Positions 1-13,530 of a stretch of DNA of 64,000 nucleotides are shown piece after piece (the stretch's first letter is position 1; every line of letters starts with the position of its first letter). The stretch is from Rhynchobatus australiae (lineage: Eukaryota). The position numbers and the translations under genes were made by a program. The stretch is from contig JAUZTB010000076.1 in assembly GCA_034780895.1 (NCBI GenBank), positions 61,452,767-61,516,766 on the forward strand, written 5' to 3'. The notes under the pieces were generated by a model. That model saw only the letters and a list, made by a program, of their open reading frames with translations, searched no databases and had not been told where the DNA came from.

Positions 1-275
1 CCCCCCACTCAGTCAAGTTAGTAAAATATGACCTGCCCCACATAAAGCCATGCTGACTGTCCCCAATTAGGCTTAATGTTTTCCAAATGTTCATAAATCC
101 TATTCCTAAGAATCCTCTCCAGTAATCTGCCCGCATATCTGTTCCTCAATGTCCTGATGGCAACTGGGGGGGGTCTGTAGTATAATCCCATCAGAGTGAT
201 TGCACCTTTCTTGTTTGAGTTCTACCCATATAGACTCAGTGGATGAGCCCTCCATTATGTCCCCAGCATCAGTTC
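1..275 (-). mobile_element. CR1 LINE fragment
   Basis: EGSSTESIWVELK, DIEEQICGQI (endonuclease region). Confidence 0.7.
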
Positions 276-1799
276 TGAACAAAAGAGGAATGGTGAAATA
301 ATAAGTTAATGCTTTCAGCGTATATTGGGAAACTCGCACCGAAAATAAGAAGTAGTGCAAATACAAGAGAGGGCACTCTTTGGACTCTCTGATAGATGAG
401 TTAAAATGATCTATCGTTAATTTTGTGAAGAAGAGTAGTGAAGATACATAATATTAAATTGAGGATTGGAACATAATTTTTTGAAGAGACCCAGATCCTG
501 CAGTTTCACAGCGTATGCATTTTAAAGTTGACAACTGAAAGAGGAAAAATGCTTAATAGTATTGATCCCCATGGAGTAATGAAGTAACAGGTGTTATAGT
601 TGACAGAGCAGCTTTCTGCTGTATGTGGAGTAATTGACAGCCATGGCCAAGGGAAATAGTTTAAGACAGTTTTTCCTGGAAGATATATTTAGGAAAATAA
701 ATTCTACATAAGGAGAAAAGATAGTGCTTTATTTGAAAGGGGTTCATTCCCTTGCTTAATATTTGTAATGTCTAATTATTTGGTTACAGTGTTTATGTTA
801 TAATGTGCTAAACCTTCCAAATGTATTCCTGCAAATATTTATGAAACTATTGCCATCAAGGAAAGAAAAAAATAAACAGGCAAAATTTTGTGTCAAATCG
901 ATCCATGAGTGGGCTGCACTGACAAGGACAGCATTTAATGCCTACTCCTAAGCCACCTTGATCTGCGTCACTCCTTATGATGACAATACTCTCATAGAAT
1001 TGTGAGGGCAGGAGTTCTGGGACTTTAACCCAAAATGAAGAAGAGGTAACAATGTATTTTCAAGTCCTGGTGAAAGGCTTGGAGAGCAATTTAAAGGTGA
1101 TAGCATTCCCATACCCTTCTTTGGTAATTAGGGATCAGGGAGGGTCTGTTGAAAAAGTTTTTGCCAAGCTGATGTGGTGCACTTTGTGATTTGCTTGGTA
1201 GCCACACACTGAATGTTGAGGGTGGTAAATACGTTGCTGATCAAGCAGATGTCTTTATCCCAGCTAGTGTTTATCTTCTTGTCGTGTTGCTGGAATCATA
1301 TTCTTCCACGCCAGTACAGAGTGTTCTGTCACATTTCTAACTTGTGCCTTCCAGATGGTAAAAAGGCTTTGGGCAGTTCAGAGGTGACAGAGCACCTAGT
1401 CGCTGACCTGCTCAGCCATAATGATTCATCTGACTAATCCAATTAAATTTCTGGTCTGTGGTGACACTCCACACCACCCCAGCATACTCATAGTTGGTAA
1501 TTTGGTGATGAGGTTATTGAATTCAACGGAGGTAGTTATTTTTGCTTTTTTTTAATCTTTTATTGGAGTTTTGGAGATGGTTATTCCCTACCATTTTCAT
1601 TGCACGTGCGCTATTTGCTACTTATCAACTCATGAATGTTGTCCAGAGCTTACTGCACATAGATACAGAAAGCTTCATTATCACAGTTGGTGACAAATGG
1701 AAATGAATACTAACCAAAACAGCAGGGCAGATCTTGGATGAAGAAAACTGAACTGAGGACAGTGGTAGAGAAATGTCCTCTAATATACATTTTCACATA

Positions 1800-2150
1800 C
1801 ATTAATGTATAGAAACTAGAGTAGGTCATTTGACCTCTTGTACTTGCTCTGCAATTCATTAAAATCGTGGTTGGTGTTTTACAACTTTCTTTCACTAACC
1901 CCATATCCTTAGATTCTCCTAATGTCAGAAGTCTTTTGATCTCTGTCTTTAATATACTCAACAGCTGAGCCTCTTGGGCAGAACATTCCAAAGATTCACC
2001 ATCTACCAAAGGTAGAATTTTCCCCTCAATTCTGTCCTGAGTAATTGATCCTTAACTCTGAGACCATGGCCCCTGATTTAGACCCTCTTATTAGAGGAAG
2101 TATCAATTTCTAATCTTTCATTGAGAATACCTCTCATTCTCTGAAAGAGT
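1800..2150 (-). mobile_element. CR1/L2 3' fragment
   Basis: Reverse-strand CR1 3' signature (ccaaagattcacc; gtaggtcatttgacc). Confidence 0.6.
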
Positions 2151-3014
2151 ATAGCCTGCATGGACAGACATGTATCTACATATAGGAAGCTCAGCAAAAA
2201 ATAACACATGATATGCTGAAAGTTCAAAATGCTTAAGGGGCTACCAAGAATAAATGCCGAATTGATGCTTCCCCTGTATAAGTTGTCCAGAACCAGGGGA
2301 CTGAGGGATGTTGACTCCTGTGCACAAAAAGGCTGCATGGATTATTGACTATAATTGGAACTTGCAAGAAAGTACTTGAATCCTGAATAATGAATAATTT
2401 TTATCATGCATTAATGTCAAATGAAAATTATTTACCCTTGATGAATTTATGAAGTTAGGGTGATGTTGCGTTTTAATAACACTACTGAGGATGTGGAGAG
2501 AGCCCCTTATAGAGGTTGATTTGTGGCTTCAACTCTAATTTCCCACTACATTTTGTGTGAGATGTGGAAAATTACCTTTGCTGTCAATCTTCTCCCCTCT
2601 TCACTTGGCCAATGTTTCCTCACTAGTTTTGGCTTGCATAAAAAAAAAATTGTCAGTTAAGTGGAGTAACTCTTGGTACTGTAACTGTAGCCCAGTAAGG
2701 AGTCAGTCTGTGGTAGGGTTGAGAAATTGACAAAAAACTGGTGTTTGTCCAGCTGAATCACGTTCTTAATTGTGTATTAATTTTAATTTAATTGAAGCTT
2801 TTTATGTATATTTTTAAGTATTTTGTAATTATTTTCTTCTTTTAACATATCTATTTGAACTTTTTTTTCAATATGTCTTATTCAGGCTATTAACTATCTT
2901 TTGACAGAGATGTTGCTAGAACTGTACCTTCAACATTTTCAATTTTATAATTGCAGTCAATTGAAGTTCATTTTATTATCTTTGCTGTTAATTCAATGAG
3001 AAAATCCACTTGAA

Positions 3015-4280
3015 ACATGTATTGGTTTATTATTGTCACTTGTACCGAGATACAGTGAAAAGCTTGTCTTACAAATCAATCGCACAGGTCAATTCATTAC
3101 ACAGTGAGTTGATACAAAGTGCAGTACGGGTAAAAACAGTAATGGTACAGAGTAAAGTTTCACAGCTACAGAGAAAGTGCAGTGCAATAAAGTGCAAGGT
3201 CACAACAAGGTAGATCGTGAGGTCATAGTCCATCTCATTGAATAGGGGAACCATTCAATATTCTTATTACAGTGGGGTAGAAGCTGTCCTTAAGTCTGGT
3301 GGTCTGTGCCGTCAGGCTCCTGTATCTTCTACCTGATGGAAGAGGAGAGAGTAACCCAGGTGGGTGGGTGGGGTCTTTGATTCTGCTGGCTGCGACACCA
3401 AGACAACGAGAGGTAAAGACAGAGTCCAAGGAGGGGAGACTGGTATCCATGATGCGCTGGGCTGTGTCCACAACTCTCTGCAGCTCCTTGCAGTCTTGGG
3501 CAGAGCAGTTGCCATACCAAGCCGTGATACATCCAGATAGAATGCTTTCTATGGTGCATCAGTAAAAGTTGGTGAGAGTCAAATGGGACAACAGAAATTT
3601 CTTTAGCCTCCTGAGGAAATAGAGGCACTGGTGAGCTTTCTTGGCCGTGACATCTACGTGATTTGACCAGGACAGGCTGTTGGTGATGTTCACTCCCAGG
3701 AACATGAAGCTGTCAGCCCTCTCGACCTCAGCACCATTGATGTAGACAGATGCATGTACACTGCCCCCTTTCCTGAAGTCAATGACCAGCTCGTTCGTTG
3801 ACATTGAGGGAAAGTTTGTTGCCATGACACCATTCCACTAAGCTCTCTATCTCCTTCCTGTACTCTGACTCATCACTGTTTGAGATACGGCCTATAACAG
3901 TGGTATCATCTGCAAACTTGTAGATGGAGTTAGAGCAGAATCTGGCCACACAGTCGTGAGTGTGGAGGGCTGAGGACGCAGTCTTGTGGGGCACCAGTGT
4001 TGAGAATAATTGTGCCGGGGGTATTGCTGCCTATCCTCACTGATTGCGGTCTGTTTGTTAGAAAATCAGAGATCCAGTTGCAGACAGAGTTGTTGAGTCC
4101 TAGGTCTCAGAGTTTGGTGACAAGCTTGCTTGGAATTATTGTATTAAAGGCAGAGCTGTAGTCAATAAACAATAGTCTATCACAAGTGTCTTTAATGTCC
4201 AGATGCTCCAGAGCTGAGTGTAAGGCCAGGGAGATGGCGTGCACTGTTGACCTGTTTCAGCGATAGGCAAATTGCACAGA
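3015..4280 (-). mobile_element. Rex1/Babar LINE, 5'-truncated
   Basis: RT motifs IYKFADDTTVIGRI, ELVIDFRK, KKAHQCLYFLRRLKKF, LPSGRRYRSL in minus-strand ORFs. Confidence 0.9.
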
Positions 4281-4304
4281 GTTCTTGTACGTTAATGCAT
4301 TAAT

Positions 4305-4530
4305 GATGAACTCTTGACCTCACAATCTACCTCATCATAGCCCTTGCATCTTATTGTTTACCTGCACTACACTTTCTCTGGAACTGTAACACTTTATTCT
4401 GCATCCTGCTATTGCTTTTCCCTTGTACTACCTCGATGTACTGACATGATGAAACGATCTGTATGGATGGCTTGGAAAACTACATTTTTCCACTGTATCT
4501 CAGTACATGTGACAATGATAAACCAATTTA
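4305..4530 (+). mobile_element. Rex1/Babar 3'-UTR fragment
   Basis: Reverse-complement similarity to 3015-3230 (cttgacctcacaatctacc...catgtgacaatgataaacc). Confidence 0.75.
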
Positions 4531-4629
4531 GCCTATTTTATGCATATGCAATGAATATTTCTGCCACCATCTTACCATTATGCTACAGTGGTTATGACAA
4601 TAATAAACCAATTCCAATTAAAAGCATGA

Positions 4630-4805
4630 AATGCCAGATGCTGAAAAACTAAGACAAAAACAGAACACTAGAAATACTCAACATGTCAGTCTGCATCTGT
4701 GGAGAGAGAAACTGGGTCGGCTGAACTCAGATGAAACATAATTGCCTCTCTCTACAGATGCTGCCTGACCTGCTGAGAATTTCCAGCAAATTCTGCTTTT
4801 AATTT
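4630..4805. mobile_element. Penelope-derived inverted terminal pair (hairpin)
   Basis: gcatctgtggagagagaaac pairs with ctctctctacagatgctgcctgacctgctgag; Penelope pLTR end motif. Confidence 0.6.
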
Positions 4806-5469
4806 AAAATAAATTTTCTTGCCGCATTATTCCTACAATCTGAAAATCTCTTCTTAGAAAAGGTCAGTGATTAGGTAGCTTATTGATCTCACTTTCACCC
4901 TTATCAATCTTGGAGATGTCTTATGAGCTTTGACCTTACACTTGGGTACCAGCTGAGATCTTACACACATTTCAATGGGACTAACATGGGAACACCATCA
5001 TCTCCAGCTTTCCTCCCATGTCGTACTCTCTAACTGGGACACAAATTGCTGTACTTTCATCATCACTGGGTCAAAAATCTTGACTTAGCAGCACTGTAGA
5101 GCATCTTTGCCACGTGGATCACAGCAGATCAAGATGATCATCTTCAAGGCAGGGGCTTGGCAGATGATTGTCATCTTTAAGGATTTTCATCTTCAATACA
5201 GCATCTTCAAGGGCAACTAGGGGCAGATAATAAATGCTAGACTCAGCAGCAATGCGCACAAAGGGTTAATTGTAAGAAAAGAAAAATATATCAATGGCTA
5301 ANNNNNNNNNNNNNNNNNNNNNNNNNNNNNNNNNNNNNNNNNNNNNNNNNNNNNNNNNNNNNNNNNNNNNNNNNNNNNNNNNNNNNNNNNNNNNNNNNNN
5401 NATTAGATGAGCAAAGGATCATCACCAAGCAGAATCTATGCAAGAAGCTTTGTTTGGAAAAAAGTTATA

Positions 5470-5670
5470 CATCTCATTATCTTGTTCAATGCACTTTATT
5501 TGTCTACCTGCACTGCACTTTCTCTGCAACTGCAACACTACATTCAGCATTCTGTTTTCTTTTTACTACTCAATGTAATTATGTATGGCATGATCTATCT
5601 GGAAGACATGCAATACAAAAGCTTTTCAACTGTATCTCAGTACACATTTCAATAATAAACCAATACTACT
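5470..5670 (+). mobile_element. Rex1/Babar 3'-UTR fragment
   Basis: Similar to 4305-4530 (ctacctgcactgcactttctctg...aataataaaccaat). Confidence 0.7.
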
Positions 5671-6144
5671 AATAATGTTCACTTTCACATAAAAAGTGTA
5701 GACAGGCAAATAAATTGTAGTTTGAGTAATCTCCAATTAATCATGGTGACATTATACTTACATCAGTATTTTCCAAACATTCTTCACAAGACGTATGTGT
5801 GAAATCTGAGCAATCTGCACAAAACAAATAAAAGCCCATTAGCTAATGAAGGAATTCTTTCTTTCTCTTGAATAGTTTGAAAATTACAAAAGGATTAAGG
5901 ATGCATCTCATAAATGAGAAAGTATTTGTTTAAATAATAGCAATTAGTGATTCACAAAGTGAAAGACTCAGTGTGTTAATGTTCAAAGGAACAAGTCTGT
6001 ACTCAAGTCACTGAAAGCCAATATGCAAGTGCAACAAACAAGAAGGCAAATTTCAATTTCAAACACAATTTCAGAACACAGATCTAGGCACCTGAACACA
6101 TAGCTGCCAACAGTGGGACAATGTGTTTTTTCAAATTAAACACA

Positions 6145-6775
6145 GTTCTGAGTGTATAGGGAGTAGAGTAGGGGGTTAAGGACACAGTTTTGTGGGGCAG
6201 CAGTGTTGAGAATAATCGTGGCAGAGGTGTGCTGCCTATCCTTACTGATTGTAGTCTGTTGGTCAGGAAGTCAAGGATCCAGTTGCAAAGGGAGGTGTTG
6301 AGTCCCAGGTCTCAGAGTTTGGTGATGAGTTTGCCTGGAATTATAGTATTGAAGACAGAATTGTAGCCAGTAGTCTAACATAGGTGTAGGGCAAGGGAGA
6401 TGGTGTCCACCATAGACCTGTTTCGGCCATAGGCAAAATGCAGTGGGTTAAGATTGTCTGGGAGGCTGGAGTTGATACGTGCCATGTCCAACCTCTCAAA
6501 GCACTTCATGATGGTGGATGTCAGAGCCACTGGTCGGTAGTCATTGAGGCACGTTACCTTGCTTTTCTTTTGTACCGGGATGATAGTGGCTTCTTAAAAG
6601 AGGAGGGAACCTGAGATTGAAGCAGGGAGAGGTTGAATATGTCCTCAAATACTTCTGTCCTCCACTGTGATCACAGGTTCAGCTTCATTGATGGCTGTCA
6701 GGATGGATGGTGACAATCCACTTCCCTTTTGTTCAATCTGCATAGAATGTGTTAAGTTCATCAGTAAGGGATGAA
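6145..6775 (-). mobile_element. Rex1/Babar LINE internal RT fragment
   Basis: Similar to 3960-4270 and 33930-34460. Confidence 0.8.
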
Positions 6776-8199
6776 ACATGTTTCATGTATCAGGAGGAAT
6801 CTTGCATGAACTCAGATTTCATGAGATTATTTCAGTATTTAGATACTACTTTTTAAAGAACAGTTTGTACGCAAATGCTTCTTATTCAAATTTATTTCTC
6901 CCTAATAATTGAAGGAGAATAAAGAACAATTTTTTTTTGAGTCTCTGCATCTCAACGTACTGCAGAGTGTGATGCAGGTTTAACTTTCTTGTGCTAACCC
7001 CAATAACCTTACTCATTGGAGCTTTCCTTACAATAGCTTTGTGGGAAGCAGCAAGTTAAGGAGTGGTGAATTATTCAGGATCATTCCATGAATCCCCTGA
7101 GGATCAGATTTTCCCACCCATAAACAATCATGGCCTGTGGAGTTTGGAAGGAATTATCAGGCTTGCGTCCACTCACATTATAGGTTTGAGAGACGGTGAT
7201 TGGGAAATTTCCACATGCACACTGTTACAAGAAGGTATGACTTGTACTGACCAAAGTGAAGTTGAAAATCAGTGCTGGAAAATGTTTTCCACCCAACAAC
7301 CCCCCCCCCTTTTTTTGGCCATTTTTTGTATCGAGCACCCCACAATTTTTGAGTGCTTAGAGTCAAACTCCGTTACACAGTAGCCATGGTACAGACTTCA
7401 ATAATCTTTGGTGTGAAGTTCACTGCTTCCATAGCAGCCAACGGCAATGCCTTCCTCAAATTCCTATTTTATTGCCAATCAAGGTTAGTTCAGAAACTGG
7501 CAGGTCCTATAAATTACTTTGAAAAGAGGTCTAAATTCTCAGACTGCAGTGTTCATTTAATTCTTTTCCAAGTATCATCTATTTAATGATTTCAGTGTAG
7601 TAATTTTTTGATCTGGTACAGTGTTCAGTGCTGAACTTAATCAAATACTCCTGTTCTGCCAATATTGAGGGAATGAAAAGAGTTCAGTTATGCAATTGTA
7701 ATCATTAACAACAAAGCTGCTCCTTATGGCCCTGTAAAGTTGAAACCATTTGGCAATTGTTATTAAACATTATAAAATAAGGATACAATTGCAGGAATTC
7801 AGTTTTCATCCTCTCCAGGGAATTGCATGATAGCTATTTAGTAATTTAATTCTTTCTTAATGGGAGAAGATAAATTAAATTGTAACAAAGCAAATATAAG
7901 AAATTTCAGCTCTTGCAAGTATGAACTGTGAGAGAAAACAGCTTTTTCACCGACCAGCTGCTTAACATATCTGGCTCCAATGGCATGAGTTTGAAAAACG
8001 GTCTCTGAATCCCCAGAATTTCTGATGTTCATATTTATATGGCAGCAAGGTCTGTTCAGGTGGTGGAGGAGGACTGGAAGGATTTGTAAAATTTGTCTCT
8101 TGATTATCTTGACCAATTAAAATTGGCAACCATCTGTGCAAATAAGCATGGATTTCTGATCTATCACTTATAAAATGTTAAAAACAGACCGAGCTTTAA

Positions 8200-8885
8200 A
8201 AAAAAAACAAAAATTTCAGGTCATTACTAAATGTTGATGTTTAAAGGGACCTCCATGACCATGTACATGTATCTCTGAAAATTAACATGCAGGTAAAGGA
8301 AGCAATTTGGAAGACAAATGCAATATTGCAAGAGAATTTGATTACAGGAGCAAAGACATATTACTACAATTATATAGCACCCCGGTGAGACTGCACCTGG
8401 ATTATTGTATACCGCTTAAGTTTCTTGAATTAATTATGAATTTTGAGGGACTGCAATGAAAATTCACTAGGTTGATACCTGGGATGGAGAGAATGGTCTT
8501 TGAAGGAGAGATTAAGCATTCTAGGTTATACTTTTTTGAGTTTAGAAGAATGAGAGATGATCTCACTTAAATATGCAATAATTCTTATGGTGTTTGACAG
8601 AGTAGTTGTGGGGTGTATGGAACAAGACATGACAGTCTCTTATAAGGGATTGCCCATTCAAGACTGAAGTGAGAAGAAGTTTCTTCACCTAGAATGTTGT
8701 GAATCTTTGGAATTCAGTGCCCATGTGCGCTGTGGGAGCTTAGTCACAAGTATGTTCAAAACAGGGATCAGTAGATTTTTGGATATTAAGTGACTTGAAA
8801 GATATGGGGGTAGTGGCGCAAAGGTAAATGATCAGTCACAAGTGGCTGAATGGCCTACTCCTACTTGTGTTTCTAATGTTTTCAA
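8200..8885 (+). mobile_element. CR1/L2 3' fragment
   Basis: gtgagactgcacctggattattgt, tttagaagaatgagagatgatctc, gtgaatctttggaattc, gctgaatggcctactcct. Confidence 0.75.
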
Positions 8886-8929
8886 AATATTAAGATTGAA
8901 CTGACCCTGGTATATTTTGTTCAATCCTC

Positions 8930-9715
8930 TGTCCTCTTGGAGCACTTCACATACCTTGGGAATGACCTCTCAGTGAAGGCAGACATTGATGATAAAATTG
9001 ATCATTGCCTTTGGTGTGCCAGCATGGCCCCTGGTTGATTGAGGAAAGGGGTATTTGGCACAAAACTCTTGGTCTACTTAGCTGCAGTACTCCCTTTCCT
9101 CCTATATGCTCTAAAATTTGTAACAGCTCCAGCAGATATCTCAAGGCATTGGAAAAATACCACCAATGCTGACTTCACAAAATCCTCCGAATTCACTAGG
9201 AGAACAAGAGAATAAACATCAGTGTCCTCTCTCAGGCCAACAATCCCAATATGGAGGCTATTATATTCAGTCAATCACATTAGGCAGGCTACATAATTGG
9301 TATGCCAACCACTGGTACCTGAAACAGATATTCTTTTCCCAGCTCTGTCATGGAAATAGGTTACCGGTGGACAGAGGAAAACATTCAGTATGTACTTGAA
9401 GAAGACAACATCCTTACTGACAACTGCTCTGCCATGATCTGTCAGACTGTAGAAGGAGCATTTGGAATGGAATTGGGAACCTTGACCATCCATCAGGAAC
9501 ACACAGAAGCCTTGCACAAACAACAGGTGGAGCAGATTGCCTTTCAAACTACACACTACCTTCCCTATTGGCCACTACCAGCTTCATCTATGCAAGAATG
9601 TACAGTTCCTACCTCAGTACCCACCTCGGAAACCAAACAACCAGAGTCAAAGTCATCCTCGATCCTGAGGGACTGCTTAATAAAAAAATGTTCATTGGAT
9701 TTAAGTCCTTGAATT
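8930..9715 (+). mobile_element. RTE LINE 3' portion
   Basis: Decayed RTE RT C-terminus (ctcaaggcattggaaaaataccaccaatgc); similar to the reverse complement of 52600-53200. Confidence 0.7.
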
Positions 9716-10189
9716 CCCCCAGATTCTTATTCCAATATTCTTATTGTAAAGTACTTCGCTTCAGTGAATTGTTTCATCTGCAGTCATTGGTTACAACACA
9801 CTGATTAGTCAACAGGGCTCCCCAGAGCAGATGAAAATTTCCTTCAGATATGGATTTTAATAGCTGAACTATTTCATGCACTGGGAAACTTGAAAGAAGG
9901 GCTTGGATTTGAAAGAGCACAGCTGGAGGTTTGGAAACATGTTATTTGCAATTTTGTCCCAATAGAAAATCAGACCTCAAGAAATTTTTGTATCCACAGT
10001 CTGAGGTATATGCAGATCACTGGGATTAGGTTTAAATTTATGGAATGCCAGACAACCAGTTGAGGAGGAACTTGGTGGTGACTTTCTATGTAGAAGACTT
10101 CCTATGGAAGACCTCTCTGTAGTTACTGTCTCCTTTCTCAAAGAATATGGTTTCCATTTGCAGAAAATAAACCTTGGATTGCAACTATT

Positions 10190-10390
10190 TTTTCGTTATG
10201 ACCTTGCACCTCATTGTCTACCTGCACTGCATTTTCTCTGTAGCTGTGATGCTTTCTGTATTCTTACTTACTCTGCATTCTGTATTGTTTTACTTCGTGC
10301 TACCTCAATGCACTGTGTAATGAATTGATCCACATCAACGGTGTGCAAGTCAAGTTTTTCCACTGTACCTCGGTAAACCAATTCCAATTC
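10190..10390 (+). mobile_element. Rex1/Babar 3'-UTR fragment
   Basis: Same ctacctgcactgca...cactgtacctcggt...aaaccaattcc tail. Confidence 0.7.
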
Positions 10391-11349
10391 GGCTTGCTCA
10401 CTAACTCATTTGTACTGATGAAAGAGATATTGAATAGCGACTTGAATTATCCTATTTAAGCAGAGAAAAATATTGAAAGATGAATTCAGAGTTGCTGGAC
10501 TTTGACTTCAGCAATGAACTATACACCTGTTCACAAGAAAACAGTAGGTGAAGACTTTTGAGGAAAAGGATAAAGAATTAAGAGAACCTTTTGAGACCAT
10601 TTTTTTAATGTCTTAAATTTGAGTCCTGCTGTTGATTACCTGATCTTATGTGACTTATGGAGTGAGTAGGGCATCAGTATGTGGAAAATTGGCAGTAGTG
10701 ATCTGCAAAGTTGAGCTGATTAGAAGTGTAATTTTGAGAGATGCGCTTCCCAAATTGTGGATGCCAAGACTCTGCAGTACCATATTTTAATTTATTTTGT
10801 TGCCATCTGGGACTAGGGGCCCAAATTCTCAGTGGTTTCTCCAGGACAGTTTGAGACTAACTTCTCAGAGTAGGGGGGAAATAGCCGAAATATTGGAATG
10901 AGAAGAAAAGGTTCATGCTGACAAGAATTAGTAAAGCTGATGTAGTGTTTTCTCATGTGATGATTTAGTGATTTATTATTTACACAAAATAGGCTGCAAC
11001 ATGAAGACTGTGACTGCAGACATCGAGGGAAGGTCATATGGAAATGATAAAACAGACCTTTGAGCACACCTTAACTGCAGGATGTGACTCAATTTTTATA
11101 GTTTCTAAAGATAAAGGTGTCTGCACACAATTATGCTGGTTGCTGTTCTTTGAAGTAAAATTTTTTTAACAGCGGTGGAAAAAGAGAGCTGAACCCCTCA
11201 TCCTTGGCAGACAGAAATCAGATGTACTATAAATTGAAACTGTATGCTTTGGAAAGGAGTATATTCGTATAGCACCTTTCACGTCTTTGTATGTCCCAAG
11301 GTGCTTAATATTAAGGGTAATTAAAATTTAGAGTTAAAATCTTTGATCT

Positions 11350-11981
11350 GAGCAGTCTTGACACATCCCATAGAATATTATCTAGTCCAGCCTTGCCACC
11401 ACCCCGTCCAGTAAAAGTCTAAAAGGCCGTTTGCTTGATGAGAAAGGACAAGGGCTCAGGAACAGACTGTATCAGAGCAGAAGTTTTAAAACTTGGCAGT
11501 GAGGAACTTCAATCACAAATCCATAACCTCTGGGTGTTAAGTGCTTTGGGAAGGGTAGGATATGCTCAGAAAAGCCATAATTGTGAAATGTTTTTCAAGG
11601 GGAGAGACAATTCCCATTTCTTGGGAGCTGCCACTCAACAAAGGCAAAGATTGATGATGATAAATCACATNNNNNNNNNNNNNNNNNNNNNNNNNNNNNN
11701 NNNNNNNNNNNNNNNNNNNNNNNNNNNNNNNNNNNNNNNNNNNNNNNNNNNNNNNNNNNNNNNNNNNNNNNNNNNNNNNNNNNNNNNNNNNNNNNNNNNN
11801 NNNNNNNNNNNNNNNNNNNNNNNNNNNNNNNNNNNNNNNNNNNNNNNNNNNNNNNNNNNNNNNNNNNNNNNNNNNNNNNNNNNNNNNNNNNNNNNNNNNN
11901 NNNTATTGAAGCCCTAATTACACCAACTTTGCTGTATGGGGTAGTACATATTATTTGCACACCCAACACTAGACTCATGAA

Positions 11982-12047
<66 letters not shown>

Positions 12048-12480
12048 CCAAGCTCTGTCACACTAAGAGATTACCAGGTGGACAAGAAAAAGTTTTAAGA
12101 ACATTCTTGGATAAAGTATAATATTCCAACCTACTATTGGGAAACCTTGGTTCTTGACTTTTCCAAACATTTGAGATGGCATTGAGAACCTCATACATGT
12201 ACCAGGAGCATGCAGAATCCCAGCATTAACAGGGAAAGGAGTGCACCACTTCCCAGATTATTTGCCCCGCCAAATATTTGCTTTTCCATCTCTGGCGAGG
12301 TCTGCAACAGGCACAGCAGAAGCCACAGAACTGGAACAGAAGCAAGTTGACCTCAATCCCAAGGGACTGTGCCCCCCACCCCAGAAGAAGACTAATTCTT
12401 CTGAAGTGTGGTCAGTATCGTTATGTAAGAAATGTAGCTGCCAAAATGTGCAGAGGTAGCTCACACAAAGAGTGTTTTGA
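11350..12480 (+). mobile_element. RTE LINE fragments spanning a gap
   Basis: GTDCIRAEVLKLGSEEL motif; 3' part resembles 9340-9700. Confidence 0.55.
11985..12045. repeat. (CA)n microsatellite
   Basis: About 30 uninterrupted CA units. Confidence 0.98.
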
Positions 12481-12909
12481 CGATGATTAGGTAATCTAAT
12501 TTTTGTTTGTAGTAAGGGGGAGCTCTCATGCTCTTCTTCAGAATGGTGGTGTGCGATCCTTACATCCATCTAGAATTGGAGGCCATGCCTCAAGTTAACT
12601 TCAGTGCTGCATTGGCCTGTCAACTTAAATTTTTGTAATTGTTATAAACATAATTTTAATGGCTTTTTGCACTCAGCATGCAGCTATCTGTTAGAATTTT
12701 ATTTGTATTTTGTGTGGAAAAGCTGGCATCTTTTCTCTTTTAAGTGTTTTCTCTGAAATGTTAGTGCTTCAGCAATGATAGTGACCTGTCAATATTTTGT
12801 TGGGCATCACAGCTTAATCTATTTCTGTTCTGAACCAATATCCATACACAAGTCCCTGAAAACAAAACTGTATGGGCAGTAAAAAAAATTACAGCAACAT
12901 GGCATAATT

Positions 12910-13530
12910 CTTCTCCTATCTCATTGTAACAGGTTCATTGATTCCCTTTGTCCCTGATAAGCTTCAGACCACATAGTGCCTCCTTCACCAACATGGCCGA
13001 ATTCTCCTTCACTTTCATTATCTGACCTCAACCCAACTCACTACAGCTTAAACCCTCATAAATGTCATTCTCACGTTTGGACCTGACAATATGAAACATC
13101 TCCTGACCAGCCTGGCATTCTTCCAATCGATAAACTTAAGCTCATCCAAAACTTTACTGCATGTAACTCACACCATTCCATCCACTTTGTGGGTTGGCTC
13201 ACAGTTTAACAACTCTATTAATATTTTAAGCCCTCTGTGGCCTTGCCCTCTCGTTGTCTGTAACGTATTCTAGCCCTACGATGCTGCAAGCTATCTGCAC
13301 TTCTGTTTATGGTCTCTTTTACACCCTGATTTTAATCATTTCGCTATGGGAGGCTATGCTTGTTGCCAATGCTGTTTTCTGGAATTCTCTCTTTAATTCT
13401 ATCATGTTTTATGCTCCTTAAGCAATGTTTCTTTGACTGAGCTGTATCTTCTTATTTGGCTCAGTTTTGTGTCCCATGCATGAAGCACCTTGGAATGTTT
13501 TACCATGTTAAAGGGACTAGTTAAAGACTG
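12910..13530 (+). mobile_element. L2 LINE 3' fragment
   Basis: Decayed L2 RT C-terminus and tail (gaagcaccttggaatgttttaccatgttaaagg). Confidence 0.55.
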
